DNA from: Gemmatimonadales bacterium
GTDB taxonomy: Bacteria > Gemmatimonadota > Gemmatimonadetes > Gemmatimonadales > GWC2-71-9
Reading direction: 5' to 3'
DNA length: 40,328 bases
Assembly: GCA_041577295.1 (NCBI GenBank)
Contig: JBFGJG010000038.1
Location: 1-40,328 of the forward strand
The translations under genes were made by a program, and so were the position numbers. Shown here piece by piece: positions 8,606 to 17,167 of this stretch. The notes below the pieces were generated by a model. The model searched no databases and was not told the origin of the DNA. It was given only the letters and a program-made list of their open reading frames with translations. Position 1 is the stretch's first letter. Each line of letters starts with the position of its first letter.

Positions 8606-9199
8606 GTGACTGCAGAGCGAGCCCTGCCGTGGGTGGTGGCGATTACGGGTGCGTCCGGCGCGCCCTACGCCGTCAGACTGCTCGAGGTGCTAGCTCGTGA
8701 AAAGGTGGCGCTGCACCTGATCGTGAGCCGCCACGGCTGGCGGTTGCTGGAGCACGAAACGAACATCGAGTCGGAGACCGCGCTGCGGGCGGCGACCGGC
8801 GGGGACTGGTCGAGTGTCACGCTCCATGACGACGCCGATCGAGGCGCCAGGCCGGCCTCGGGCTCGGCCCGTGCCGCCGGCATGGTCATTTGTCCGTGCT
8901 CTATGGGAACGGTGGCGGCCGTTGCGCACGGCACGAGCCGATCCCTCGTGGAGCGTGCGGCGGACGTGACGTTGAAGGAGCGGCGGCCGCTGATACTGGT
9001 TCCGCGCGAGACCCCCGTGTCCGTCGTCCATCTACGCAATCTGCTGACCGTCTCGGAGGCCGGTGCTACCGTGCTGCCTGCGGCACCAGGGTTTTACCAT
9101 CGCCCGTCATCGGTCGAGGAGATGGTGGACTTCATCGTACAGCGCGTGCTGGATCACATGCACGTTGGCATCGATCTGATCGGTCGGTGGGAAGGCTAG
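8606..9199 (+). CDS. ubiX: Flavin prenyltransferase UbiX
   Basis: GTG 8606 after GGAGG; AITGASGAPY, ASGS, PCSMGT, RAADVTLKERRPLILVPRETP, PGFYHRP. Confidence 0.93.
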   Translation: MTAERALPWVVAITGASGAPYAVRLLEVLAREKVALHLIVSRHGWRLLEHETNIESETALRAATGGDWSSVTLHDDADRGARPASGSARAAGMVICPCSMGTVAAVAHGTSRSLVERAADVTLKERRPLILVPRETPVSVVHLRNLLTVSEAGATVLPAAPGFYHRPSSVEEMVDFIVQRVLDHMHVGIDLIGRWEG

Positions 9200-9203
9200 G
9201 CAC

Positions 9204-9680
9204 GTGCGTCTCGGGATCATCTCGGATACCCACGGCACTCTGCGTCCCGAGGTCTTCGAGGTCTTCGCAGAGGTGGATCAGATCCTCCACGGCGGCGATA
9301 TCGGCCCCCTCGACCTCCTCACGGAGCTTGAGGCGCTTGCACCGGTGACCGCGGTCTTTGGCAATACAGACGGGTTCGACGTTCGAAGTCGGTGTCCTCA
9401 GGTGGCCCGGCTGGACTTGGACGGTTTCAATGTGGTGGTGACGCACGGAGACCAATTTGGCTCGCCCACCCCGGCGCTCTTGTGTGGCGCGTTTCCGGAA
9501 GCCGAGATCATCGTTTACGGACACACGCATCGGCCGAGGCTCGAGCTGGTCGACCGGACGGTGACTGTGATGAACCCCGGAGCGGCCGGCGCGCCCCGGT
9601 TCGGAGTTCCACCTTCAGTGGGGATCATGGAGCTGGAGCCGGGTATTCCTCCCCGCGCGAGGCTGGTGCCGTTGGCGTGA
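9204..9680 (+). CDS. YfcE/MJ0936-type metallophosphoesterase
   Basis: ISDTHG, HGGD, VFGNTD, THG, GHTH, NPG motifs. Confidence 0.9.
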   Translation: MRLGIISDTHGTLRPEVFEVFAEVDQILHGGDIGPLDLLTELEALAPVTAVFGNTDGFDVRSRCPQVARLDLDGFNVVVTHGDQFGSPTPALLCGAFPEAEIIVYGHTHRPRLELVDRTVTVMNPGAAGAPRFGVPPSVGIMELEPGIPPRARLVPLA

Positions 9681-9885
9681 ACTGCATCGTGGCCAAGTTG
9701 GCGTTGTAATCGGCCTGGGTTCTCCTTGGTAAGAGTGTGACGACGGGATGGAAGCCGCGATCAACGGAACGCGGCCGCAGCTCGAAGCGGCGAGTGGCCC
9801 GGACGCCGGTTCGAGCGATCGTTTCGAAGCTTCGACCGGACCATTTCAAATGCGCCGCTTTCCGACCGTCCGCGCATCCCTCATC

Positions 9886-10860
9886 TCACGCGGTAATCAC
9901 CAGCCACGCCATGTAGACTACGAATCCAACCAGTAAGATCACACCGTCCACCCTCCCGACTTTTCGCGCGAACGCCATCATCGGGAACAAAGCAACGCAG
10001 AACGCCAACATCACCCAATTGTCGACGGCTGCCGCACGCGGATGAACGGCCACTGGGAAGATGGCGGCAGTCGTCCCCAGGATTGCCAGCATGTTGAAGA
10101 TGTTTGACCCGACGACGTTTCCGAGCGCTAACTCTTGTTCGTCGCGCACTGCGGCGATGCAGCTGGTCGCGAGTTCCGGGAGGCTCGTGCCCATGGCAAC
10201 AACCGTGAGCCCAATGACACGCTCCTCGACACCGAGCGTTCGGGCGAGGCTCACGGCGCCCCGGGTCACGAAGTCTGCCCCCACCACGAGGCCAACAATT
10301 CCAGCAGCGACGATCGCGATGTTTATCCATATGGCCTTCCCCGGCCGCTTATCGAACTCCGCCGCCCGCTTCACCTCGCGTTCCAACGCCACCGCCTCGT
10401 CGTTGCGGACTTCTCGCCGTGTGAGATACACGACATAAGCCAAGAAGAATATGAGAGACAGCACGAAGAATACGCCTTCGAGATGATCGATACTGCTGTC
10501 TCTGCCCACGAGAAGCACCAGACCGGCGACGAGCACCATGAATGGGTATTCCAACTTCACGGTCTGCTGAGTAACGGCAATGGGGCGCATGAGCGCGGCA
10601 ATGCCAAGGATGGCTCCCACGTTGAAGACGTTCGAGCCAATGACGTTCGCGTAGGAGATATCGGTCGAGCCGCGTGCTGCCGCATCGATGGAGACGGCCA
10701 ACTCAGGCATGCTGGTGCCCATGGCCACGATTGTGAGTCCGATGACGGCCGGCGACATCCGGAGCAACAACGCCAGAGCGGTGGCGCCGCGCACGAGATA
10801 GTGTCCGGCTCCAAACAGCAGGATGATGCCGGCTGCGACGTTGACCAGCGCTACGAGCAC
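9886..10860 (-). CDS. Calcium/sodium antiporter (YrbG/CaCA family)
   Basis: Two alpha repeats GLTIVAMGTSMPE...NVIGSNVFN and GLTVVAMGTSLPE...NVVGSNIFN; about 10 TM helices. Confidence 0.93.
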   Translation of the reverse strand: MLVALVNVAAGIILLFGAGHYLVRGATALALLLRMSPAVIGLTIVAMGTSMPELAVSIDAAARGSTDISYANVIGSNVFNVGAILGIAALMRPIAVTQQTVKLEYPFMVLVAGLVLLVGRDSSIDHLEGVFFVLSLIFFLAYVVYLTRREVRNDEAVALEREVKRAAEFDKRPGKAIWINIAIVAAGIVGLVVGADFVTRGAVSLARTLGVEERVIGLTVVAMGTSLPELATSCIAAVRDEQELALGNVVGSNIFNMLAILGTTAAIFPVAVHPRAAAVDNWVMLAFCVALFPMMAFARKVGRVDGVILLVGFVVYMAWLVITA

Positions 10861-10882
10861 GATCCGTCGCCGGCTAGTCGGC

Positions 10883-11992
10883 TCACGTCAGGTGGGCTGG
10901 TCGGTCGTGCCACTCAAGCAGCGGGACCGTTCGGGCGAGGGCAGCTGGGTGCGTGCGGAACCACCGCAGGAGTATCAGTGTCTCGTCGATTGCCTCGGTG
11001 GGAAGGGGCCCGTGTTCAGGAGGTGCTGCCGCGTGCTCGCTGACGAGGGCCCGGAACGCCTCCTGTTCGATGGGGGTTCGTGGTGCCGGTGCCGAAGCCC
11101 GAACCGTGGCGCGACGGATGACGTAGGCGCGGTCGTCGCCAAAAGCACCTGGATCGAGGTAGATGAAGCTCAGCGAATCAATCGCGGCATTGGCTCGGAC
11201 GCAGGCGCCGAACAGCCACTCGAGGGTATCGAACTTCCCACGCCACCAGCTTGCCGACTCGAAGTCTTTCGCCCGGCTCGCTCTCAGCATTTCGCGCACG
11301 ATGCGGTCCAGCGGGCAGATGGATCGCGCCTCGAGAAACGCTACCGCGGTCTCGACGCGGGCTCGGTACTCTTCCTCCGATACGAACCCACCGCAGGGGC
11401 CGCTACAGGTGCCCAGCTCGTAGCGAATACAGGCCGCACGACGCGCGGGACCAAAGAGATCTGCCTGCTCGGAGTAGACGATGGGCATGTCGAGCGCGCA
11501 GTCGCGCAGCCCGAGGAAGTCCTGCAGGACGTGCACGGCGTCCTCGAGCATCGCACCGGAGCGGAAAGGGCCATAGTGACGCGTTTCCCGCGCTCCAATG
11601 CGCCGGCTCACGTATACCTTGGGAGCACTTCCGCCGGACACCTTGATGAAGGCTGCTCGACGAGCCCGTTTCATTCGCACGTTGAAGCGAGGCGCGTACT
11701 TCTTTATCTGCCGTAACTCGCCAAGCAGTGCGGCGAACTCCGACGGGACGTAGTCCCACTCGATGTCGCTCGCCGAGGCCACGATGCGTGCACCCTTGTC
11801 GTCCGGAAAGCGTGCTCTGAAGTAGGAGAGCAGCCGGTTGCGCAGCCGTTTCGCCTTGCCGACGTACAAGACACGTCCTTGGGCGTCGAGCATGCGATAC
11901 ACGGCAGGCCGGTTTTCGGCGAGGGCCGTCACCCGATGCCGCATCCGGGCGAGGTCGCCAACAGGGAGATCGAGGGTAGGAGTTAGCTCCAT
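10883..11992 (-). CDS. GIY-YIG endonuclease, UvrC N-terminal-like (Cho-like)
   Basis: PAVYRM...VLYVGKAKRLRNRLLSYF, Cys-rich CIRYELGTCSGPC, UVR-like helix; no RNase H-like or HhH C-terminal half. Confidence 0.85.
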   Translation of the reverse strand: MELTPTLDLPVGDLARMRHRVTALAENRPAVYRMLDAQGRVLYVGKAKRLRNRLLSYFRARFPDDKGARIVASASDIEWDYVPSEFAALLGELRQIKKYAPRFNVRMKRARRAAFIKVSGGSAPKVYVSRRIGARETRHYGPFRSGAMLEDAVHVLQDFLGLRDCALDMPIVYSEQADLFGPARRAACIRYELGTCSGPCGGFVSEEEYRARVETAVAFLEARSICPLDRIVREMLRASRAKDFESASWWRGKFDTLEWLFGACVRANAAIDSLSFIYLDPGAFGDDRAYVIRRATVRASAPAPRTPIEQEAFRALVSEHAAAPPEHGPLPTEAIDETLILLRWFRTHPAALARTVPLLEWHDRPAHLT

Positions 11993-13008
11993 CCGCGCAA
12001 TGCCCGGACATAGCGGTGTAGCTCGAGAAACTTCTCGTACACGATGACCTCCTTGCGCGTTTTTCCGAGTTCAGCAAACAGCTCGCGCAGCCGGCCGCGT
12101 CGGGTCACGTAGATCCGAAATGTCTCGGCGAGGTCCTCCTGTGGGTGGGTTGATGCGTAGGCGGTGACATACTGGACATGGGTCTGTGTCACACGCCGGC
12201 GTTGCATGTCCACCCACGTATCATCGCTGACGCGATAGGCCTTCTCCACCTCGCCAAACGTCCGCCGAAACGAGCTGGTTCGGGTCCATGACCAGTGATG
12301 GTAGAGGAAGCTATGGCCGAGCTCGTGACAGATGAGCCCTACGAGCGTCGGCCATGGGATCTCATCGCGACGTCGGGCGGCGGTGACGTAGGATTGGTCG
12401 ATCTCCACGATCTTGGGGTACTTGGGATCTACTCCTGAGACACCCGGCCGCAGCAGGACGCGATATCCCCAATCCCGAATGCGGGACACCAGGAGCAGCC
12501 GGCGGACGCGACGCAACGCACGGGGGATCAGATCCCGCCCAGTGGCATCCTCACCGCACCAAGGACAGGTGTCCATCCAGTCATCGACGCCCCGTTCACA
12601 GTGCGGGCAGGTCCCCTCGAATCGTTCGTCGTCCCACTCCTGCTCGCGGCCGCACCACGGGCAGTACGGCATCGGGTACTGGACACCGCCACCGCAGCCC
12701 CAATCGCACTTCGCAGTGCGGCGGAACCCCTTTGGAGCCTTCAACGGCTCTTCGGATGAGTAGCCCTCTTCGTGGATGTCGGCGCCACACCAGGGGCAGA
12801 AGGAGAATAGATCGGACACGATCCACCCGCAGCGGTAGCACTCGGCATCGGTCACCCGAGCGTCGTCCCGCCACACCAGCGTCCGGCGGCACCGCGGGCA
12901 GTGACGCCAGTAGCGCTGGAGCTCACGGCCACAGGTGCACCGGAGCTCCGGGACGGGGGATCGCCCGCTTCTCCTACGTTTGGCTTTCGTAGCGCGCGAT
13001 CGCTTCAT
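11983..13008 (-). CDS. Zinc-ribbon repeat protein fused to a putative zinc metallopeptidase (Peptidase_Mx-like)
   Basis: Four tandem Cys4 ribbons, then HELGH and YASTHPQEDLAETF; start at 13008 is a best guess. Confidence 0.8.
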   Translation of the reverse strand: MKRSRATKAKRRRSGRSPVPELRCTCGRELQRYWRHCPRCRRTLVWRDDARVTDAECYRCGWIVSDLFSFCPWCGADIHEEGYSSEEPLKAPKGFRRTAKCDWGCGGGVQYPMPYCPWCGREQEWDDERFEGTCPHCERGVDDWMDTCPWCGEDATGRDLIPRALRRVRRLLLVSRIRDWGYRVLLRPGVSGVDPKYPKIVEIDQSYVTAARRRDEIPWPTLVGLICHELGHSFLYHHWSWTRTSSFRRTFGEVEKAYRVSDDTWVDMQRRRVTQTHVQYVTAYASTHPQEDLAETFRIYVTRRGRLRELFAELGKTRKEVIVYEKFLELHRYVRALRGWS

Positions 13009-13996
13009 CGACGATCCGATTGATGAACGCGTAATAGTCCATGCCGGCTTTCTCGGCCGCGTTGGCGATGTCGTGCCCAAAACTAATGAATGGGTTGGCG
13101 TTTGCTTCGAGAACCCACACTTCGTCGCTATCTGTGAGCCGGACATCGAGTCGCGCGTAATCCTGGAGCCAGAGCGCCCGGAACGCGGCTCGGCAGATCC
13201 CCTCGATACGCTCGTTCGCCACTCGTGAGATCGGCCGGGCGAAGACGTTGCGGATTCCTCGGCGCTCACGGTAGGGGACATCCCATTTGGCCGACTTTGT
13301 GGCGATTCGCTCTTCCGGCTTTGTCGCCTCCTTATCAAACACCATTTCCACAATGGGCAAGATGTCGAGTCGGTCCCCGTTGCCGATCATTCCGACATAC
13401 AGTTCGCGGCCCTCGACGTACTCCTCGGCAATGGCCGCCTGGGCGAATCGCTCGTGGACGAACTGCACTCGATCAGCTAGCGCCTCGACATCCCGCACGA
13501 CCGACGCGAGTGCAATGCCGGCCGATGCATCCTCCTGTAGTGGCTTCACGATCAGTGGAAACGCGAGGTCCTCCGGAATCTGCGTTATGGCCTCGCCGCG
13601 GCGAAATGTGACGAACCCTGGCACGCGGATCCCGTGATACGCGAGCACCTTCTTGCTCAGCCCCTTGTTCCGTGTAGTCAGCAAAGCCAGCGGTGGGGCT
13701 CCTGTATGGCGGTAGTCCTCGGCCTCGAGCAGGGCGGGGAACAGGTAGTCGAGCCTGGGATTCCCGTGAAAGGCCTCTGCACAGTTGAACACCATCTCCG
13801 GTACGAACGACTGCAGCTGGTCGATCATATGTTGGAAGCTGTCGTGCACGCCGACCATCAGCACGTCGTGCCCATAGGCCATGAGGGCCTCGGCGACCTC
13901 GTACTCGGCCTCTTCGACTTGGTGCGCTACCTCCTCTTTGTAATCCTCGTCCTCCCAACCGATGTAGGGGGTGTCGAAGACCACGGCGATCCTCAT
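12974..13996 (-). CDS. D-Ala-D-Ala ligase-like ATP-grasp amidoligase
   Basis: ATGA overlap with the mutM stop; FPLIVKP, EEYVEGRE, YARLDVR, VLEANANP motifs. Confidence 0.85.
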   Translation of the reverse strand: MRIAVVFDTPYIGWEDEDYKEEVAHQVEEAEYEVAEALMAYGHDVLMVGVHDSFQHMIDQLQSFVPEMVFNCAEAFHGNPRLDYLFPALLEAEDYRHTGAPPLALLTTRNKGLSKKVLAYHGIRVPGFVTFRRGEAITQIPEDLAFPLIVKPLQEDASAGIALASVVRDVEALADRVQFVHERFAQAAIAEEYVEGRELYVGMIGNGDRLDILPIVEMVFDKEATKPEERIATKSAKWDVPYRERRGIRNVFARPISRVANERIEGICRAAFRALWLQDYARLDVRLTDSDEVWVLEANANPFISFGHDIANAAEKAGMDYYAFINRIVDEAIARYESQT

Positions 13997-14829
13997 CGAC
14001 GAACACCCTGGCAACGCCGACAGAAGGTGGTGGAACGCCCGTCGATGGCATGCGTGGTAATCAGCGGGGTTCCGCATGCGTGACAGGGCTCTCCACCACG
14101 ACCGTATACCTGCAAAACGAGCTGGTATCGCCCAACCGTACCGCGCCCGGTCCGGTAGTCGCGGACGGTTGTGCCTTGCGCGTCGATGGCCTCTTCGAGC
14201 ACCGCGCACACCGTCGTGTAGAGGCGCTCGAGGTCCATCCGCCTGACCCGATTCGCGGCGCGGGAGGGGTCGATTCCCGCGCGAAACAGGGCCTCGTTAG
14301 CGTAGATGTTCCCAACGCCCGCGAGCCGTCTCTGGTCCATCAGCACCTTCTTGATCGCCTGGCGGGAGGTACGCATCTGTTCCACAAAACGGGAGGCATT
14401 GAAATCCTCGGCGAGCGGTTCGGGACCAATGCGAGCAGTATAGGTGCGCCAGGCAGACTGGTCCAACAACGCAATCGTTCCCAGCCGCCTCACGTCACGG
14501 TAGACCAACCTTCCCCCGTCCCCGAGCCCAGCCACGAGGACAGCATAGCGTCGCTCTTCAGCCGCGAGCGCCCGTTCGTACACGAGGAGGGACCCAGTCA
14601 TTCGAGGCTGGATCACCATCCGATGGCTGCTCGCCATCTCGAAGACGATGTGCTTTGCTCGCCTCGAGAGATCCTCAACCGGATTCCTGCGCAGCGTCCG
14701 CACCAGTCGCCGGGCGCTTACGCCGCGGAGAACGTCAGTCTTGTAGAGTCTGGGGTTCCGAAGGGTCTGTCCGCGGATCCGGGGCGCTAGATCGCGGACG
14801 ATGGTCTCGACTTCAGGGAGTTCCGGCAC
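13993..14829 (-). CDS. mutM: Formamidopyrimidine-DNA glycosylase
   Basis: GTG start then PELPEVET; RRAKH, RMTG, GVGNIYANEALF, C-terminal CHAC...CRRCQ zinc finger. Confidence 0.96.
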   Translation of the reverse strand: MPELPEVETIVRDLAPRIRGQTLRNPRLYKTDVLRGVSARRLVRTLRRNPVEDLSRRAKHIVFEMASSHRMVIQPRMTGSLLVYERALAAEERRYAVLVAGLGDGGRLVYRDVRRLGTIALLDQSAWRTYTARIGPEPLAEDFNASRFVEQMRTSRQAIKKVLMDQRRLAGVGNIYANEALFRAGIDPSRAANRVRRMDLERLYTTVCAVLEEAIDAQGTTVRDYRTGRGTVGRYQLVLQVYGRGGEPCHACGTPLITTHAIDGRSTTFCRRCQGVRR

Positions 14830-16090
14830 GGGCGATCTCTCGCCAGGCAATATCCCGCCGGAAAACCTTCCCCTGGAACTCGATGGCCTCGGCCAGAGCC
14901 CGACTGCGGCGAGCAGCCTCGGGCACATCGGCGCCCAGACCGGTGGCACAGAGCACTCGTCCGCCTGCCGTACGTAACACCCCTTCCGGATCCACGGCGG
15001 TGCCGGCATGGAAGAGAATGGTGTCCGATTGGGTCTCGCCGGGCAGATGAATCGCGGCCCCCGTGGTCGCGGTCTTGGGGTACCCGGGGCTCGCAAGGAC
15101 CGTGGTGACAGCGGCCCGCTTGGGTGGGCAGATGTCGTGCTCCGGCCGCCAAACCCGGTCCATGGCAATGGAGCAGAAATGCTCCAACAAGTCCACGTCA
15201 GAGGCTGGGAGCACTACCTGGGCCTCAGGATCACCCAGCCGACAATTGAACTCTAGGACCTTTGGTGGTCCGCTGTCAGGGATCATGAGCCCTGCGTAGA
15301 GGACACCGCGATACGGTGCTCCGATGCTAGCCATGTGGCGCAAGATGGGCTCAAATATCGATCTAACAGCCTCTTGGAGCATAGTCTCGCTTGCTACCGC
15401 GACAGGTGTGTATGCTCCCATGCCCCCGGTGTTGGGCCCGATATCGCCTTCCCCAATCCGTTTGTGGTCCTGGGAAGGTGGGAGCAGCATGACCCGCTCC
15501 CCGTCGGTGATCCCAAGAAGCGAAAGCTCCTCCCCGTAGAGGTGCTCCTCGACCACGACCTCACGGCCGGCGGCGCCGAAGCCTCCACGGAACATGGCCG
15601 TGGCGGCCCGGCGTGCTTCCTCCCGTGTCTCGCACATAGCAACGCCCTTGCCGGCTGCGAGGCCCGAGGCCTTGACCACGAGAGGCTCTGGGTGCTGGCC
15701 GATGTAGGCGAGGGCGGTGCCTTCATCCCGGAACGAGCGCCCCTCAGCGGTGGGGACCCCGGCCTCCACCATGACACGCTTTGCAAACGACTTTGAAGCC
15801 TCGATGCGGGCAGCGTCCGCAGTCGGACCAAACGCGTGATGGCCAGCCGCTGAGAGCCGATCCACCAGACCGGCTGCCAGCGGCGCCTCGGGTCCGATGA
15901 CGGTCAGGTCAATCCGGTGCGTGCGAACTGCCTCGAGGATAGCCGCGTGGTCTGACGGGCTGATCGGCAGGTTGGTGGCGACCGCGGCCGTGCCGGGGTT
16001 GCCGGGGGCGCAGAAGATCGTTGCCGATCGCGACAGTGCCCAGCACAGGGCGTGCTCGCGACCCCCGCCCCCGACGACCAGGACCCTCAC
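14813..16090 (-). CDS. purD: Phosphoribosylamine-glycine ligase
   Basis: VVGGGGREHAL, APGNPG, GPEAPL, KASGLAAGKGV, QDHKR, GPNTGGMGAY, EFNCRLGDPE. Confidence 0.97.
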   Translation of the reverse strand: MRVLVVGGGGREHALCWALSRSATIFCAPGNPGTAAVATNLPISPSDHAAILEAVRTHRIDLTVIGPEAPLAAGLVDRLSAAGHHAFGPTADAARIEASKSFAKRVMVEAGVPTAEGRSFRDEGTALAYIGQHPEPLVVKASGLAAGKGVAMCETREEARRAATAMFRGGFGAAGREVVVEEHLYGEELSLLGITDGERVMLLPPSQDHKRIGEGDIGPNTGGMGAYTPVAVASETMLQEAVRSIFEPILRHMASIGAPYRGVLYAGLMIPDSGPPKVLEFNCRLGDPEAQVVLPASDVDLLEHFCSIAMDRVWRPEHDICPPKRAAVTTVLASPGYPKTATTGAAIHLPGETQSDTILFHAGTAVDPEGVLRTAGGRVLCATGLGADVPEAARRSRALAEAIEFQGKVFRRDIAWREIARAGTP

Positions 16091-17088
16091 TTCTTGCCGG
16101 AGTCCCGGAAGGCTTGCGTGAAAGCGCTGGCGGCTCGCTTGGCAGCATCGGAAACTTGCGACATCGTATCGCGCGCCTCCCGAGCATAATGGCCTGCAGC
16201 CTCACCGATGTCGTCCATGATCGGGCGCGATTGCTCCTCAGCACCCCGTCGGGTGTACTGGCCGCTCAGGATCTGCTCGTACTCGTTGCCCTCAGCCCAA
16301 CGTTGGAGCTCGCCAGCGCGAAGCGTGTGAAATGGGTGCGTCACGGCGAGAATGTTGAGCACTTTGTAGATGGTGTCGAGTGGGCCGCCGGACTTCTCAT
16401 ACTCCCGTGCCTGCTCCATGAAGGCTTCGACGTTCGTCTCCTCAGCATCGCCACCCCCGGCGAGCTTCAGGAACACGCCCATGGCCGTGCGCTGATCCTG
16501 GGCGGCTAGCAGACCCGCGCGGTCCGCGGACAACTCGCTTTTCCGGTACCACTCGAGCAGTGCCAGCTTGATTGGGAGGATCGCCAGCCCTGCCAGGAAG
16601 GGCAGGTTCCGGAACCCCAGCGTGAGGATCAGGATCGCCACGGTGCGGTACAGGGCGTGGCCGCTCATCACGTGGCCAAGCTCGTGTCCGAGGAGCACTC
16701 GCATCTCGTCGTCGTCGAGCAGCTTGCACGCTCCCGAATTCAGCACGATAAACGGGTGGTCCACGCCGACCGCTCCGGCGTTCACGAATGGCGTTTGCGA
16801 CACGTACAGTTCGGGTCGCTCCGGCCAGTCCATTGTGGTGGTGACCTCGGTCATGAGCATATGCAGCTTGGGGAACTGACTCGGACCCACACGGACGGCG
16901 TTGGCCTGAAACAGGAGTCGGATTCCCCGCTCACCAAAAAAGCTCACGATTTTCTTGACAGCCTCGTTGAATCCGGGGACGGCGCGGAGCGTTTGGAGCG
17001 CTGCGCGATCTGCCGGATGCTCCCAGGAAACCGCCGCGATCTCGTGCAGGATCTTGCGAGTTCGGGCGCTTGGGGTCGTATCAGTCAT
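16087..17088 (-). CDS. M48 family zinc metallopeptidase
   Basis: WEHPADRAAL, LGHELGH, ELSADRAG, THPF motifs; SD GGAGG. Confidence 0.9.
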   Translation of the reverse strand: MTDTTPSARTRKILHEIAAVSWEHPADRAALQTLRAVPGFNEAVKKIVSFFGERGIRLLFQANAVRVGPSQFPKLHMLMTEVTTTMDWPERPELYVSQTPFVNAGAVGVDHPFIVLNSGACKLLDDDEMRVLLGHELGHVMSGHALYRTVAILILTLGFRNLPFLAGLAILPIKLALLEWYRKSELSADRAGLLAAQDQRTAMGVFLKLAGGGDAEETNVEAFMEQAREYEKSGGPLDTIYKVLNILAVTHPFHTLRAGELQRWAEGNEYEQILSGQYTRRGAEEQSRPIMDDIGEAAGHYAREARDTMSQVSDAAKRAASAFTQAFRDSGKK

Positions 17089-17118
17089 CGTTCCCTCCGG
17101 AACCAGCCTGTGTCACCG

Positions 17119-17144
17119 TACGGGTCGCGAGCAGGCCAGTTTCA
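17119..17144 (-). promoter_or_regulatory. SigW-type ECF promoter TGAAAC-N16-CGTA upstream of the M48 operon
   Basis: Minus strand TGAAAC (17144-17139), 16 nt, CGTA (17122-17119), 30 nt before the M48 ATG. Confidence 0.75.
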
Positions 17145-17167
17145 CGGACAAATTCGTCAGGCGGGGG

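Noticed and set aside
9748..9936. 62-aa ORF in the gap before the antiporter
   Set aside because: No clear SD or motif, and it runs into the convergent antiporter gene
12974..13996. Calling the ATP-grasp gene ddl or vanA
   Set aside because: Ddl substrate-binding motifs are missing and there is no mur or van context
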